From Felis catus (taxonomy: Eukaryota), in assembly GCF_018350175.1 (NCBI RefSeq), contig NC_058368.1, forward strand, positions 211,732,001-211,796,000: a DNA stretch of 64,000 nucleotides, in the 5' to 3' direction. Under the pieces are notes generated by a model. That model was not told where the DNA came from and did no database searches. It saw nothing but the letters and a program-made list of their open reading frames with translations. The translations under genes and the position numbers were made by a program. This document shows, in pieces, positions 47,337 to 60,980 of the stretch (its first letter is position 1; each line of letters starts with the position of its first letter).

Positions 47337-48499
47337 AGATTGAAACTTATTTCATTTCATAGAAATGAAGTCCAGAATTGTGTACTCAAGAGCTGGTACA
47401 TTAGCTCCACAATAGTCATGGACCCTGCTCCTTTTTATTTAACTGACTCATTTTGTCCTAATGGCTTCCACCTCGTGACATAAAATACCTGCTTGAGTTC
47501 CAGCTATTACATGCACATTCCCATGAGCAGAAAGGAGGAAAAATGAAAGCATCACACATAAGACCCCATATATTCCATCAGCCAAAACTTAGTCACAAGG
47601 CTACTTCTAACTACGAGGGAACCTGGGAAATATAATCTCTATTCTAAGTAGCCATTATGCCCTATAAGTGATCCTATTACTAAGGAATAAGAGAAGAATG
47701 AATACTGGGGGAAAGTAACAGTATGCCATTGATCTAAACCTAAAATTATCTTCAGTTGTCCTTCTGAGTCCTCCCACCTGCTGGCTGACAAAAGAGATCT
47801 CTGGTGAACTGCATATATACCTAGGAAGGTGCAAAGAAACTAGAGCAGGCATTGTTATCTATATGTTCATTATTTAAGTCCCCCAACAAGGCGATAAAGG
47901 TACTGGTGAACTGATCACATGTAAAGTTCACCCCCACCTGTTTGTGCCCTCACTCAGGGCTAGCATCTGTCACTACCCATCCTGTCACAAATCTACTTCC
48001 GTCTCTCCCAGAGCTGTAGATAATGCAACAGAAGGCAAAGTCAGGCAATCCGATTGCAAAGTGACATCGCAAAGATTACAGCAGGTCCAGTGTTTCGCAA
48101 GGTCCATGAGATAATAAGGAACTTTTTGTGTCACAGCAAAACCAATGACTGACAATCACCTATGATGAGTCAGACTAAATAGCAGTTAAAAGAGGAAAAA
48201 TAAAGTCATTTCATAAGGGAGTTATTTGAATATTTAAGGATTAGGAAAAACAGTTGATGAAATTTGTGAAAATCACCTCTTTTGGATTATAACACACCCG
48301 AAATAAAAACTCCAATCCTATAATTATTGGTTGATTTGAAGGATAAAGTATGGTCACAATTATATGCTACATTTCATTCAGTAAGAGATAATATAAACTT
48401 CCTTATATTTTTCTATTACGTTTTCAAGATAAAATCTTAATTAAATCTTCTTTACACTTTTCACTCTGAAAATTTGGTCCCAGTTTTAAACGGATTAGG

Positions 48500-48615
48500 C
48501 TTTTTTTTCCCGGTTTATTTATTAATTTTTCGAGAGAGAGAGAGAGAGAGGCAGAAAGAGAAAGAGAGAGACAGAATCCCAAGGAGGCTCCAAGCTGTCA
48601 TTATGGAGCCCAACT
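48500..48615 (-). mobile_element. 5'-truncated CAN-SINE
   Basis: T tail, (GA)n and 'gacagaatcccaaggaggctcc'. Confidence 0.85.
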
Positions 48616-49484
48616 TGGATTCGTTTTAAAGGAGCATTTTCCAGGATGATTGGCTAACGAGTATCCTGAATCTTTTGCTCTAAATATTAGTGATTTTTAA
48701 GGCACAAAGAGATAAGAGTTTTATTAGTCACTTGTGCATGAGCCTGCTAGGGTAAACACGTTGGACTGGGAAGAGAGACTGAATGGTGGAAGGACCTAGG
48801 AGAGGGAGTCATCCAGCCCCACTGTGGTGACTGGGCTGCCTTTGCGGTTCCAGGGGACATACAGTCACTTCCTCTGGTCAGAGGGTGAGTCGCGAGCCGT
48901 GGAGGATGCAGATAGAGGCATGGGCACTGTCTGGCTCATGAGGGAAACATTGGGATGCAGAAACTCCCATGCCATGTGGTCAGTGCAGGGCTCATGCTCG
49001 ATGCAAGGTTGCTGGGAGGGGGCTCACAACCCAGTGCCTAGGACAGTGCCTGGTGGCTGAATGGGAGGGGCTCGGCAAGTACTACTCACTGAGTTGCTGG
49101 AAGGGATGGGGGCTGCACAAAGGGGGAATGGCTGGTCGAAAAGCCTGAGTGCAGGAGGGGAGGTAGAGGAAGTGAGCCTTGAGACTGCAACTCACTGGCA
49201 GATCAACACAGATAGTCTTTTTATGCTGAAGACGGGGTACCTGGAGGCACTGAAGGAGGGAAGAGACCTGATCAAGCCTAGATTTTACAACTGGAGCTCC
49301 CTCTGGCCCTGTGGATAGTGATAGCCTCAGCAGGGTCAGACAGTGGCAGGGAACAGTGTCAATAGCTGTAGTCATTATTAGTAGATGAGGCAAGAACACA
49401 TTCCTTCATTCAGCAGCTATTTACTGAACATTTACTATGTGGCAGGCATTCATGGATAAATTTCATAATAGATATTTATTATTC

Positions 49485-49687
49485 CTTTTATTTAATGTTT
49501 ATTTTTGAAAGACAGACAGAGCACGAGCGGGGGCAAGGGTAAAGAAAAAGAGAGACAGAATCCAAAGCAGGCTTCAGGCTCCGAGCTGTCAGCACAGACC
49601 CCGACATGGGACTCAAACTCACGAACCGTGAGATCATGGCCTGAGCTGAAGTCAGACGCTCAACCGACTGAGCTACCCAGGCGCCCT
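49485..49687 (-). mobile_element. CAN-SINE
   Basis: TSD gatatttatt(a/c)ttc. Confidence 0.94.
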
Positions 49688-49892
49688 GATATTTATTCTT
49701 CTGAGTTAAAAATTACCCTCTTTAAAAATATAACTGTCATGAAAATGCTAATGCCTTGGTGCCTGGTTTATCAGTGAACACAGTGGTCCTCTCCTCTCAG
49801 AAGAAGGAGCTTCATGGGAACACCAACCTTTGTGGGGAAGAGGGAAGAAGAAGGGCCCAGTGGCAGGTTACATGTGAAAAAGTATTTGTCCA

Positions 49893-50093
49893 CTTTTTTT
49901 AAGTTTACTTATTTATTTTGAGAGAGAGAGAGAGACAGAGGGACAGAGGGAGAGGGAGAGAGGTAATCCCAAGTAGGCTCCATGCTGTCGGTACAGAGCC
50001 CAATGCAGGGCTCGATCCCACAAACTGTGAGATCAGGACCTGACCCGAAATCAAGAGTCGGACGCTCAGCTAACTGAGCCACCAGGCATGTGC
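49893..50093 (-). mobile_element. CAN-SINE
   Basis: Antisense body and tail; ccactt flanks. Confidence 0.93.
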
Positions 50094-50424
50094 TGCCCAC
50101 TTCTTCATGTTGCTCAAGGCTAGCCCCGTAGAGGCAGACAGTGATGCCATTGAAATGAGGGAGTATTTGCCTGAGAGGCTTCTGTGGGCAAGCTGGTATA
50201 AATAGTCACTTTCTACATGCTGATTGTATCTTCAGAAGGGTATGATTTAATCACGCGACTAACCCTCCAATCTGGCACTGAGGAAGGCGTCCACTCTCCA
50301 TCGTGTAATAATACCCCTCAAAGGACCAGGGGAGATGGAAGACAGAGCCAAGGGCTGTGGTAGTTGTGGCAAACTCAGCACATGTTGGAAGCAGGAATGC
50401 TAAGGCCTGACTCTTTATGAGATA

Positions 50425-51010
50425 TAGATCTCTGAACTGTACTTCCCCCCAGTTCATATGTTGAAGCCCTAATCCTCAGTACTTTAGAATGTGAATATTT
50501 GGAGAAAGGACCTTTAAAGAGGTAATGAAGTTAAAATGAAGCTTTAGTATGAGCCCCAATCCAATCTGATCTGGGTGTCTTTATGTTTTTAATGTTTATT
50601 TATTTATTTTGAGAGAGAGAGTACGTGAACAGAGGAGGGATGGAGAGAGGGAGACAGAGAATCCCAAGCAGGCTCTGTGCCCTCGGCATGGAGCCCCACC
50701 TGAGGCTCTATTCTGCAAACCATGAAATCATGACCTGAGCCGAAATGAAGAGTTGGACCCTCAACTGGCTGAGCCACCCGGGTGCCCCTCCAATCTGACT
50801 GGTGTCTTTATAACAAGAGGACATTTGGATGCACACAGACAACTATGTGAGGACACACAAGAAGGCAGCCATTTGCAAGCCAAGGAGAGAGACTCCAGGA
50901 GCAACTAAACCTGCTGACACCTTGATCTGAGACCTCTAGCCTCCATAACTGAGAGAAGATAAATTTCTGTTGTTCAAGACACCCAGTCAGTGTTACTAAT
51001 TGTGGTGGCA
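50425..51010 (+). mobile_element. MLT1A-like MaLR LTR containing an antisense CAN-SINE (~50585-50788)
   Basis: 'ttcatatgttgaagccctaatc...gaaggcagccatttgcaagccaagg...ataaatttctgttg'; SINE TSD tccaatctga..ggtgtctttat. Confidence 0.88.
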
Positions 51011-52023
51011 CAATTAGTATGAGGATACTATGCAGCTATTAAGAGAAAGGGACCTGCTTGGCACCCCCAGCTTCCCCTCTGCTCGCCTGCACTCAGTTCA
51101 AACCTTCACCATAACTTTTCATGTGGTTGTAATTCTTTGTTCTCCTAATGGTCCCTTTTTCTTGACCAAGAGTGCCTAGAGGGGAGGGACTACATTTCGG
51201 TCAACTTGTACTTTCAGTGCACTTTGACTCCGTTGTGAAGGCTTCAGGGAAGTATCATTGGGCACCTTGGTGGCCATCTTGCTGAAGATATGATCATTTG
51301 TTCATTTGTAGATTTCCTGGACACCTGTTTTGTGATGAAAATTATTCATTTATTTAAAGAATAACATACAGTCACTATTACAACCTACATTATAGCAATA
51401 GGCTTTATTCTAGGGAAACAAACATATATGGAGTTCCTGGCCTAAGTGAACTTATGAGTTCAGAGCAGTAAATACACATATTATCATGCAATGTGATAAT
51501 GACTAATAATGGATAGAACGAACTTCTGTGACCACTAGGGAAGGAGAGTGAATGTGCCCATCTTTCACCCTGAAGAGGGTGAGAGAGAACTCCTATGTAT
51601 GCTTTAAAAGTCTTCTCTCAGATTAGCTGGTGGAAGGAGACAGGGCAGCTGACTGTGTCTCATGCTGAATGGCAGACTAGAAATTAGGACATTTGTGAAT
51701 ACAACGGTGGGCCCTGCAAGTCTACTTTCTGCAAACATTGCCTGATGAACATTGCCTTTGAATGGGACCAACTCCTCGAGAGAGGGGAAAGCCCAGAATT
51801 AGCTGGCTGGTGACATTTGCATCTCCTCCCTGCTCCAGTATTTGCAGACAGGAAGCCAAACCTCTCTTGCCTCGTCCATCATTTGTCTTACTTGGGCTTT
51901 TGCCTGGGTTGAGGGCTATCATATTTTGATGAAAATAACATTTCTTGGAGACTCCCGGGGTGTTTGGAAGTGTAGCCACCCAATGATCCCTGGAAACAAA
52001 GTGTGGTTAAGCATTAGACTTTG

Positions 52024-52053
52024 GGGGCGCCTGGGTGGCTCAGTTGGTTAAGC
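52024..52053 (+). mobile_element. 30-bp CAN-SINE head only (A box), between 21-bp direct repeats
   Basis: ggggcgcctgggtggctcagttggttaagc; repeat tggttaagcattagactttgg at 52004-52024 and 52045-52065. Confidence 0.85.
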
Positions 52054-53130
52054 ATTAGACTTTGGCGGGAAATCCAGCAGGAGAGCAGTTAAGCAAGTCT
52101 CTACCTTGCTTCCCTCTCGCTCCCACTGCTTTGCTCTACCCTCACCCTTTACCCCAAATCAGCAACTCTCAGTGGATGGTGACAGAATCAGAATTCAAAA
52201 AAAGCATATGGTCTCTATGTGGGGGAAGATGGGCAACGGTAACGGGGTAGGGGGTGAAATTGGATCTGAAATGAAAAGAAGCCTCATATGATACCCACAG
52301 AAGGTAAATCAATATGGAGGGAAAATAAATCCCGCTGAAACTTTCCTGTGGAAGTTCCCCCTCACTGACACTCACTCTGGAAGAGTGTCTGGAAACGCTC
52401 AGCCTCACTCTTGAGCAGACTGAGCCATCTTAGAGGACAAGCCTGGGTGATCCTTTTCTCATCAAGGATGGTTTGGGCTGGAGCTCAGGCAGCTGAGGAG
52501 AAGAAGGAGGCAGGACTCCCGCCCAGCAAAACAACAGAGGACTTCATCCCAAGGCCACTTATGGAAAACATCCACTAACACTGACATGTTTATGACAGGA
52601 AGAAGAGAGTTTACCGGGCTCTGCTTGAGGAAATGTGGACTCTAGGAACTTAAGGTACCTCCTGCTTACTTCAGAGAGGGGGTGCCTCATTACCCCTGAA
52701 TAAAGCTGGTCAATGTGAAGTGCAGGCCTTGGGCTCCCAGCCTCCCTCACTGCTGTGAAGACCAGGGAAACTTGCCCCAATCAAAAAGTGTCACCTAACA
52801 AACAATTGTTGCTGGAAGAATTAGAAAGCACATTTATAAATATTCTAGAATTGTCGAAGGGCACATCTTCCTGGAGAATGATTTATGGGAGGGAAGATTA
52901 TAGGGAAGATTTGTTGATCTGCAAAAGCTGGGGAGAAATGGTTTAGGAGACAGCTGCACATTTTGGTCCTCATGGCAATGTAGTGTCAGGGCGAATTTCC
53001 CCACGCATCACCTGTCCCCACGCACACTATTTCCTAAAGAACAAGGCCAGTACAACTAAAACTCTTATTACAAATTCATAGTCACCTTTCTCCTCTACTC
53101 GACTCGGTTTTACACATTTATCCTTAGTGA

Positions 53131-53161
53131 TGGTATTAGGGTTCTCCAGAGAAACACAACA

Positions 53162-53211
<50 letters not shown>

Positions 53212-53578
53212 AAAGAGAGAGAGATTTATTTTGAAAAATTGGCTCATGCAGCTGTGGAGCTGACATGTGTGAAATCTGTACAGTGGGCTATCAGGCTAGA
53301 GACCAACGGAAGAGTCACTGTTGTGGTTCAAGTCCAAAGATTGTCTGCTGGCAGAATCCCTTCTTGCTCAGGGAGGTCAGGATTTGTTTTACTAAAACTC
53401 AGCTGACTGGATGAGGCCCACCCATATTATGGAGAGCGATCTGCTCTACCCAAACTCCACTGATTTAAATGTTAATTTGATCCTAAAAACACACTCACAG
53501 ATATATCCAGAATAATGTTTGATCAAATATCTGGGCAAAGATATTTGACAAGCTGTCACATAAAATTAGCCATTCACA
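53131..53578 (-). mobile_element. MLT2-type ERVL LTR with (TA)n (~53161-53209)
   Basis: 'gtattagggttctccagagaaac...ggatgaggcccacccatattatggag...cataaaattagccat'. Confidence 0.88.
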
Positions 53579-53883
53579 CAGCCCATAGTTTTCAACATTG
53601 TTGGAGATGATTCTTATAGTTTCTTTCAACCTAAAAGTCAGTGTTCTAGGACTCTAAAGTCTCTATGCCACTTCCTCTACTTATCACTTGACATGAAGGC
53701 CATGGACTTTTAAAATATCTTGGGACCACTGCTTGTCGCATGTCAATCAAGTGGGTAGCAGGTAATGTGACCGATTCAGAAGAAAATAAGTTGGTGTTCA
53801 TAAATCTCACAAATTTTGAAATGTAAGATGAAGTATCATCCCGGAAATACCACAGCATTCTTAACAAGGGGCATGCTTTTTAA

Positions 53884-53912
53884 AAACTTTTTTTTTCTTA
53901 CATTTATTTATT

Positions 53913-53954
<42 letters not shown>

Positions 53955-54015
53955 CACAAGTGGGGGAGGGGCAGAAAGAGAAGGAGACACAGACTCCGAA
54001 GCAGGCTCCAGGCTC
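53884..54015 (-). mobile_element. 5'-truncated CAN-SINE with TSD
   Basis: TSD catgctttttaa at 53872 and 54016. Confidence 0.92.
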
Positions 54016-56106
54016 CATGCTTTTTAAGGAAACTCAAGGTCTATATTGGCCAGCTGCACTCTACTCATATTCAGTTAAAAATGTGGTTGGAGTCTTCTGA
54101 TGGCATTAGTAGGTTCTGGCTTGTGCTTGTTAAATTTGCCTTTTTCATTGTTACTTTTTTTTGTCTGCATTATATCTCAATTCATAAAAATGCATTAACT
54201 GCTTGGACTGGCTCATTCGAATATAAAAATCATGATATAATTTAATACATAAAATTCTACAATCTAGAATAATGTCAAAAAAAAAAAAAAAAAAAAGGTG
54301 AACCAGGACTCCAGGGCAGGTACTGGGTATAAATGTATGTGTTCTGAGACAGGAAAAATCATGAATGTGATAAATACACCCACAAGCATCTGTAAGAGAA
54401 AGTGCAAAGAGAATGCATCACGATGAATATCTAAAACTGCATTTTGTTGATTCTGTATTCATTCTGTTGTGCTGTCTGTTGTGTGCTGTCTGTTGTGAAA
54501 CCATAAAATAATGGCTTGCAACTCATCAAAGCCTTACATAACATCCAATCAAAGTAAGGATCTTTTCTGGTAAACTAATTAAATATTTTTGGAACAAGTA
54601 TAAAATCATGCATTTCAGGGTAAAACTGACAGATGCTTCTCCTAACTTGGAGAAGAGAGGTCCCTGAAATTCTAGTGACAATGACCTAGTCATTAGGTCA
54701 TACATCCCAGAGTAGCTTGTTACCTAAAATGGCAACCATTTGAAAAGAATGACCAGATTATGAGGGGTGGACGTCAGGGAGCAATGAACTCTATTCTCTC
54801 AAGGCTGAGCAGCTGTCCCTCAGCTGTTGCGTGTTTCAGAGTTGAAGACAGACACATGCAGATTTCCCACTGCATCTTGGAAAATATGAGATTTCATGGA
54901 CACAACTGCCAGAGCATTGCATCTGTCTCTGGGGATTCGATTTATCTGTAAAGCCCCCATGGACTTCGAAAACAAATGCAGACCAACCAGCACCAACAGG
55001 GTATAAATCCACGTCAGTGATTAATCTGCAGCCTCATGCTCCTTGCTGTACGTTGAAAATCCTTCTACGGCCAGGGAATGTGAGTCTGGTTGTGTTGATA
55101 ATCTACACTTGCCTCTCATGCCTGAGCCCATAGGCAGGACACATGTAACAATGCTCTCGTTAATTTAAAATCTGTTCCTCATATGTGAATTTGGTATTTC
55201 ATACAGGGGTCAACTTTGGCCTTGAATTCTCATCTGTGCCGATTGACTTTTGTCACTGCATTGGCTGTCCAATGTCTGTATGGTGAGAGTTCCCCTTCAT
55301 GTGTACTGTTACCAGTGGGACTCATTGCCCAACTGTCCACTATAGGACTTGAAGTGTAGAGATTTCCTTTTCTCCCTGTCCTCTGCTAGCTACGGTCCAG
55401 GTGTGTGGTTTAGAATCAGGCAATCAGCTACTCCCACCTGACACTTGAATTTGGAATAAATGACAAGGTCAGTTCAGATCTATTCACAGTGGCCTTAGGG
55501 GGGTCCAGGAACATGCAGGATCTGACTCCAGGATAGTGACATTACAGCCTGACAGTTGCTACTGCAAGATAATTAGGTTCCTAATTATGTGTGGGACCCT
55601 CTACACTGCCTTTTTTTTTTTTTTTTTTTTTTTTGCATGTTTTTCAAGTCAGGTCCTCTGGTTCCCAGTCAATTCTGTGAGTACCTCACAACTTTCCAAT
55701 GCAAGCCTTTCCTGCCCAACACATCCAGTGATGATTTCTACTTTTTACATCCACGTTCCAACTGATACACATGCTTTTTGGTCTGTGTGTGGTGGGGAAA
55801 AGTGATGGGGGGAATCAGAAAGGAGGAAGAGGAGAGAGAAGAGGAAAATACAGATGAAGAAGGGAGGTAATAAAAATATCATGAAGGTACAGACAAAACC
55901 AAAAAGAAGACAAATAGGAAGGGTACGGGGCAGACGGAAGATCCAGATTCTTACAGCTCTTTCAGAAACTTCACCTGTTGTCCTTTTTCACCGTATCTTC
56001 CCGTGCGTTGAGCATTTTCCTTAAAAATTACAGAGCCACATGTCTTCTCTGACAATCTGTTCCCTAATTCAGTCAAAAGGACGCTGAAGATATCACCATC
56101 TGTATC

Positions 56107-56275
56107 TGTAAATGGTTTTATTGGAACGCAGCCATGCTTACTCCTTCTGCTATTGTCGGTGGCTGCTTTCGAGATGCAGTGGCACAGGTGAGTAGTTGCA
56201 AAAGAGACGAGCAAAGTCAGCAAAGCCTGAAATATCTACTACACGGCCCTTTACCGAAGTGGTGGTTGACTCCTA
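56107..56275. mobile_element. MER58A-like hAT DNA transposon fragment
   Basis: 'gttttattggaacgcagccatgct...ggctgctttc...gagtagttgc...gcaaagcctgaaatatctacta...ggccctttac'. Confidence 0.8.
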
Positions 56276-57949
56276 GAAGAGAACATCTGAATCCCTGGGA
56301 ACTGAGGTACAGAAATCTGTTTCCCTCTTTTCACTCTTTACCTCCATGCCCGCCCTTCCCAGCTAAGCTTCCCCCATGCTGAGGGTTAACACTGGCCCCT
56401 GCACTATGTCAGAGGGCTGGGATCCATTTTCCCAGAGGAGAGGAACAAACCAGAGAGAGAAGGTGGAAGCCATTCACCTCTTCTTCCTCTCTCCCTGCCT
56501 GGCAGTCCTGCCCTGGGGGACTCAGAGGCCCACTTCTTGGAGGCAGTGTGGGGAAGTGCTCAAAGCCACATGGCTGGTGGGTAAAGGACAGCTGGGACCC
56601 AAAGCCAGGTCTTCCCATACTTGGCCTACTATTCTCTCCACTGTCACTCCACCTCGTCCTCAGGGAAGTCTTCATGGAGGTGGCGGGATTTGAGTCTGGC
56701 TTAGAATCCTGAGTGCAATCTATGCAAGTGAGGACCATTAATGAGTTTCCCTCCAGTACCTAAACACTGAAAAACAGCATTTCATCGGACTGGGTACATA
56801 ATATATCCTTAATTCCGCAACATGAAGATCACTGGTCTAGAAGTCGACAGACCTATGTCTTAGTTCTGGCACTGCCGGATTACCTTGGGCACGTCACTTC
56901 TTTATGGGCCATTATTTGCTCACACATAACAGGGCAGAAGAATTCGATTAAACGGGGCACAGCTGGATCTGCTCTTCTCAAAATCCCGGGTGCTCTTGTT
57001 GCTCACAAAACACGTGACCTCTCCACTGGTACACGTCCTAACCAGATGCATAAAAACTGGCTGATTTTGCACCAAAATCCATCCTAAATGGGGCCAGCCA
57101 AGGATGCAGCCGTGGAGCATGAGGATTCGACAGGATCTGTGGGAAGGCGTACAGACAACTGGGGCAAACAGCTCTGAAAGATGAGTGTGCCGTGCCACAC
57201 CAGCAGACAAGAACCAATGGGACGAGAAAACTCATTAGGGGACACGACTGGGTGGACTCTTGGTTCAGAATCCAAGAATGCCTTTCCTTTATGGCCTACT
57301 TTTAGGCTTGGAATAAAGAAATGTATTCGGGATGCCAACCGCAGATCTACTCCCTCTGTGGTTCGGGTGGAGTGTCTGGAATCAGCATTACTCATGTGGA
57401 AACATTTTGCTCTTTAATACCTCCAGAAGATCCTGGAACAGGCTGCAGCAGACCATGAAAGGAGGCAAGACAGAGCTGCCCTACTATTTGCTGAATCAAA
57501 TGATTAATTTTCAAGGTGGATTAAAAGTTATATATGAGTTATTCATAAATCTGTGGGACTTTATTCCTTTGGGAGTTTTTATCTGTTTCTGCATGTTCTC
57601 AAATGCGTCTTTGGGAAATAAAAGAAGTTAATGAAGTGTGTTTAAAAATTACACAAGTCTCCCCAACTATTTACTGAACATTAACACCCTGTACTACCTG
57701 AAGCTTAATTCAATGGAGGAAAAATTTCTCCCTGCGCTCAAAAAGAGAAACTGATTGTTTTTACTGATCTGAAAGCTCTTAGTAGGTTTCACGTCTCAAG
57801 TGCTATTTTTTAATTGCACAAGCACTAGCAGGAAGTATAATAAAGTTTATATTAACCTGATGTTTTCTTTCTAATCATTTCCTCTATTTCCACCCTTTTG
57901 TCTACCCCTGTGCTATAATGATAGTGGGTGCTGGGAAGAGAATGCTTTA

Positions 57950-58110
57950 CTACAGGACCATTTCTTTTACTCTTCACAACCATCATGTGAGACAGGTATC
58001 ATTAGCCTCATTTTATTTACTAATGAGGAAACTGAGGCTTAAAATCATTAAGGTAACATAGCTAGAAAGTTGAGGAGTTGAGACTCAAATTTGGGTTGGG
58101 TCTGAAGCCA
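57950..58110 (-). mobile_element. MIR, followed by (CCAT)n and an L2 3' end
   Basis: 'aatgaggaaactgaggctta...aaggtaacatagctag'. Confidence 0.75.
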
Positions 58111-58317
58111 AACCCAATGGTCACCTGTCCATCTGTCCATCCTTCCATCCCTCATCCATCCATCCATCCATTCGCCCATCTATCTTTCCATCATTACCAA
58201 ATATTCACTGGCATTTATGTTATTCCTGGAACTGTGTTAGTTATTAGAAATACAATAATGAGAAAACAAAAGATCTCATCATGGAATAAAGAGTCTAGTG
58301 AAGAGAACATATGCAAA

Positions 58318-58367
58318 AATTTTTTTTGAGAGAGAGCACAAGCAGGGGAGAGGGACAGAGGAAGAGA

Positions 58368-58422
<55 letters not shown>

Positions 58423-58545
58423 TCTCAAGCAGGCTCCATACCCAGTTTGAAGCCAGATGCGGGGCTTGATCCCATAAGCGTGAGATTATGACCTGAGCTG
58501 AAATCAAGAGTTGGACGCTCAACCGACTGAGCCACCTAGGCACCC
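58318..58545 (-). mobile_element. CAN-SINE with (GA)n
   Basis: TSD agagaacat. Confidence 0.94.
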
Positions 58546-58731
58546 CAGAGAACATTTTTAAGAAGAGGACAGATAAATATAAATTTTAACTTAGAAAGTA
58601 CTACAAAGAAGAGATTTTAGTACTCCAAGAACATATGAAAGAGGGAGCTGACCTAGTTAATGATGCATATCAGGTGGGCTAGGTTATAGACTATCTGTAG
58701 GAACAAATTAATCCTGAAACACAGCAGTTTA

Positions 58732-58960
58732 GGGGCGCCTGGGTGGCGCAGTCGGTTAAGCGTCCGACTTCAGCCAGGTCACGATCTCGCGGTCCGTGCG
58801 TTCGAGTCCGGCGTCAGGCTCTGGGCTGATGGCTCGGAGCCTGGAGCCTGTTTCCGATTCTGTGTCTCCCTCTCTCTCTGCCCCTTCCCTGTTCATGCTC
58901 TGTCTCTCTCTGTCCCAAAAATAAATAAAAACGTTGAAAAAAAAAATTAAAAAAAAAAAC
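58732..58960 (+). mobile_element. Young felid CAN-SINE inside an old MLT1K/L-like LTR (~58665-59280)
   Basis: Near-consensus; perfect TSD aacacagcagttta at 58718-58731 and 58961-58974. Confidence 0.97.
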
Positions 58961-60581
58961 AACACAGCAGTTTAATACAATAGAGCTCGTTGCTAACCTA
59001 GAGTACATGTTTTATAAGGATCAGCAGAGTCCTCAGCCCTCTAGTTTCTCAAGGACCCAGGCTGACACAGCCTCTACCATCCTAGTTCCCCTCAGCCTCC
59101 AATGTCAGTGTGAGGGGAAAAGAAAAGTAAGGTGACCTCACTGGATGTTTTCAAGGCCAAGCTCAGAAAGGACTCACCTCGCTCACATCCATTGATTGGA
59201 ATCCAGTTGCCTGGCCCCAAGTGAACTGCAAAGGAGTCTGGGAAATGTCTAAGAAGAGAACCATGAAATGGAACTCCAGGGCACTGCTTCTCCTGTGAAA
59301 AGAAGGCTTCCTGTGTTGGAAGGCTTCCCTGGGGAAAGAGTGACTGATATGTGAAGCAGGTATACTGCCTCCCGAGGAAGCACTGGGAGATACCTAAGTG
59401 GGGAGGGGTTTCCAGCCCTTCAAATCCCTCAGCTGTTTTGGTTTATTTGAGCTCAGGCAGGCTTTAACTAATCAGTCGGAACTTAGCACAGCAATTTGGT
59501 TTATATTTTCCATTGACTTAGTCTACTAAAGAAAGGCATTTATGAGCAGTGTTTACTGTGTGAAAGTTGCAGAATAAGGGTCTCCACAATAATATATGTG
59601 ACATTGTTATTTCCCTCTGGATCTTCAATCTCATCAAAAAGATAAAACAAATGTATAGAAAGTTATTAAGGAATACAATACAGTATAGTTTATCGAAGGC
59701 ATAAGCAACACAAAGTGTATTATCTCACATAGCAAGACAGCTGAGTGGTTGGAAGATTAGGAAGCCAGTGACTCATGGGTGTCATCAAGGACCAAATTCT
59801 TTATATCTTTCTGTTCTGCCATGCTTGGGGTTGGCTGTACCAACCCACTTCATATGTAAACATGGCAATGTTAAGTGGAAGAAGAGACAGAAAATGTACA
59901 TTTCTTTTTTGTATGTCCCTTTTTAAGAGTGAGGATCCTTCCTCCAGGTGCCCTCCCAGATTTCTTCCACACTGTATTATGTCAATGTCCATGCCCAGAA
60001 TAAACACGGCCAAAAAGATCACAAAAAAGACACATCAGTCATGATTTATTTCCCATGGGGGACTTGCTTCCACAGAATGAATAAAATCAAGATTCTTTTA
60101 CAAAGAAGAAAGGGGATAGTAGTTATATGGCCCCACACAAACAGTGCCATGGAGATGATACTAAGTGCTCAGTGAGTGTTCAGGCATGTATTATAACAAG
60201 ATAACCCATTGTGGTGTTATCTGAATAAGCCTGGCAAAACTTCATGAGGAAAGACCTGAGCATCAGAGAAGACTTTTCAGGCAAAGAGACAATGACCAGG
60301 AGAGAGGAACATCAACATAAGGGTTGATGGGCAATGAAACTGTCTGACCAGAGCAGGGAAGTCTATGGAGGCCTAAGGAAAGCTGAACATGGGGGAACTG
60401 GGCTTAGGGATACTGAGGTGATCTCCACAGGCCCATCCCAAAGTACTTAACCCATCCTTCTCAGAATATTTCAGGATGACAAAATTATCTTCCATTGTTT
60501 CAAGTATTTTGAATTATTCTTTGTGGTTACCAAATGTGCCCAGCTCTCCTGGGGTTTCTATTTCCTTTTCACAATGACCTC

Positions 60582-60980
60582 TGTGATGATTAATATTATG
60601 TGTCAACTTAGCTAGGCTCTGGTGCCCATTTGCTTAGTCAAACACCAATCTAGATGTTGGTATTTTGTAGATGTGATTAACATTTAAGTCAGTAGACTTT
60701 GAGTAAAGTAGATCACCTTTATAATGTGGGTAGGCCTCATTCAATCAGTTGAAAGCCTTAAAAGACTGAGCTCCCCAAAGAGGAAAGAACTCTGCATCCA
60801 CACCGCCTTTGGACTCAAGACTACAAGACTGACTCTTGCTGAAATTTCCAGTAGGCTTGCCTTGCAGATTTCAGACCTGACAGACCCACAGTATTGTGAG
60901 GAAATTCCTTAACATAAATCTTCCTTTCTATATATGCATCCCATTGGTTCTATTTCTCTGGAGAACATTGATTAATATAG
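60582..60980 (+). mobile_element. MLT2D-like ERVL LTR
   Basis: 'tgtgatgattaataattatgtgtcaactt...catcccattggttctatttctctggagaac'. Confidence 0.85.
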
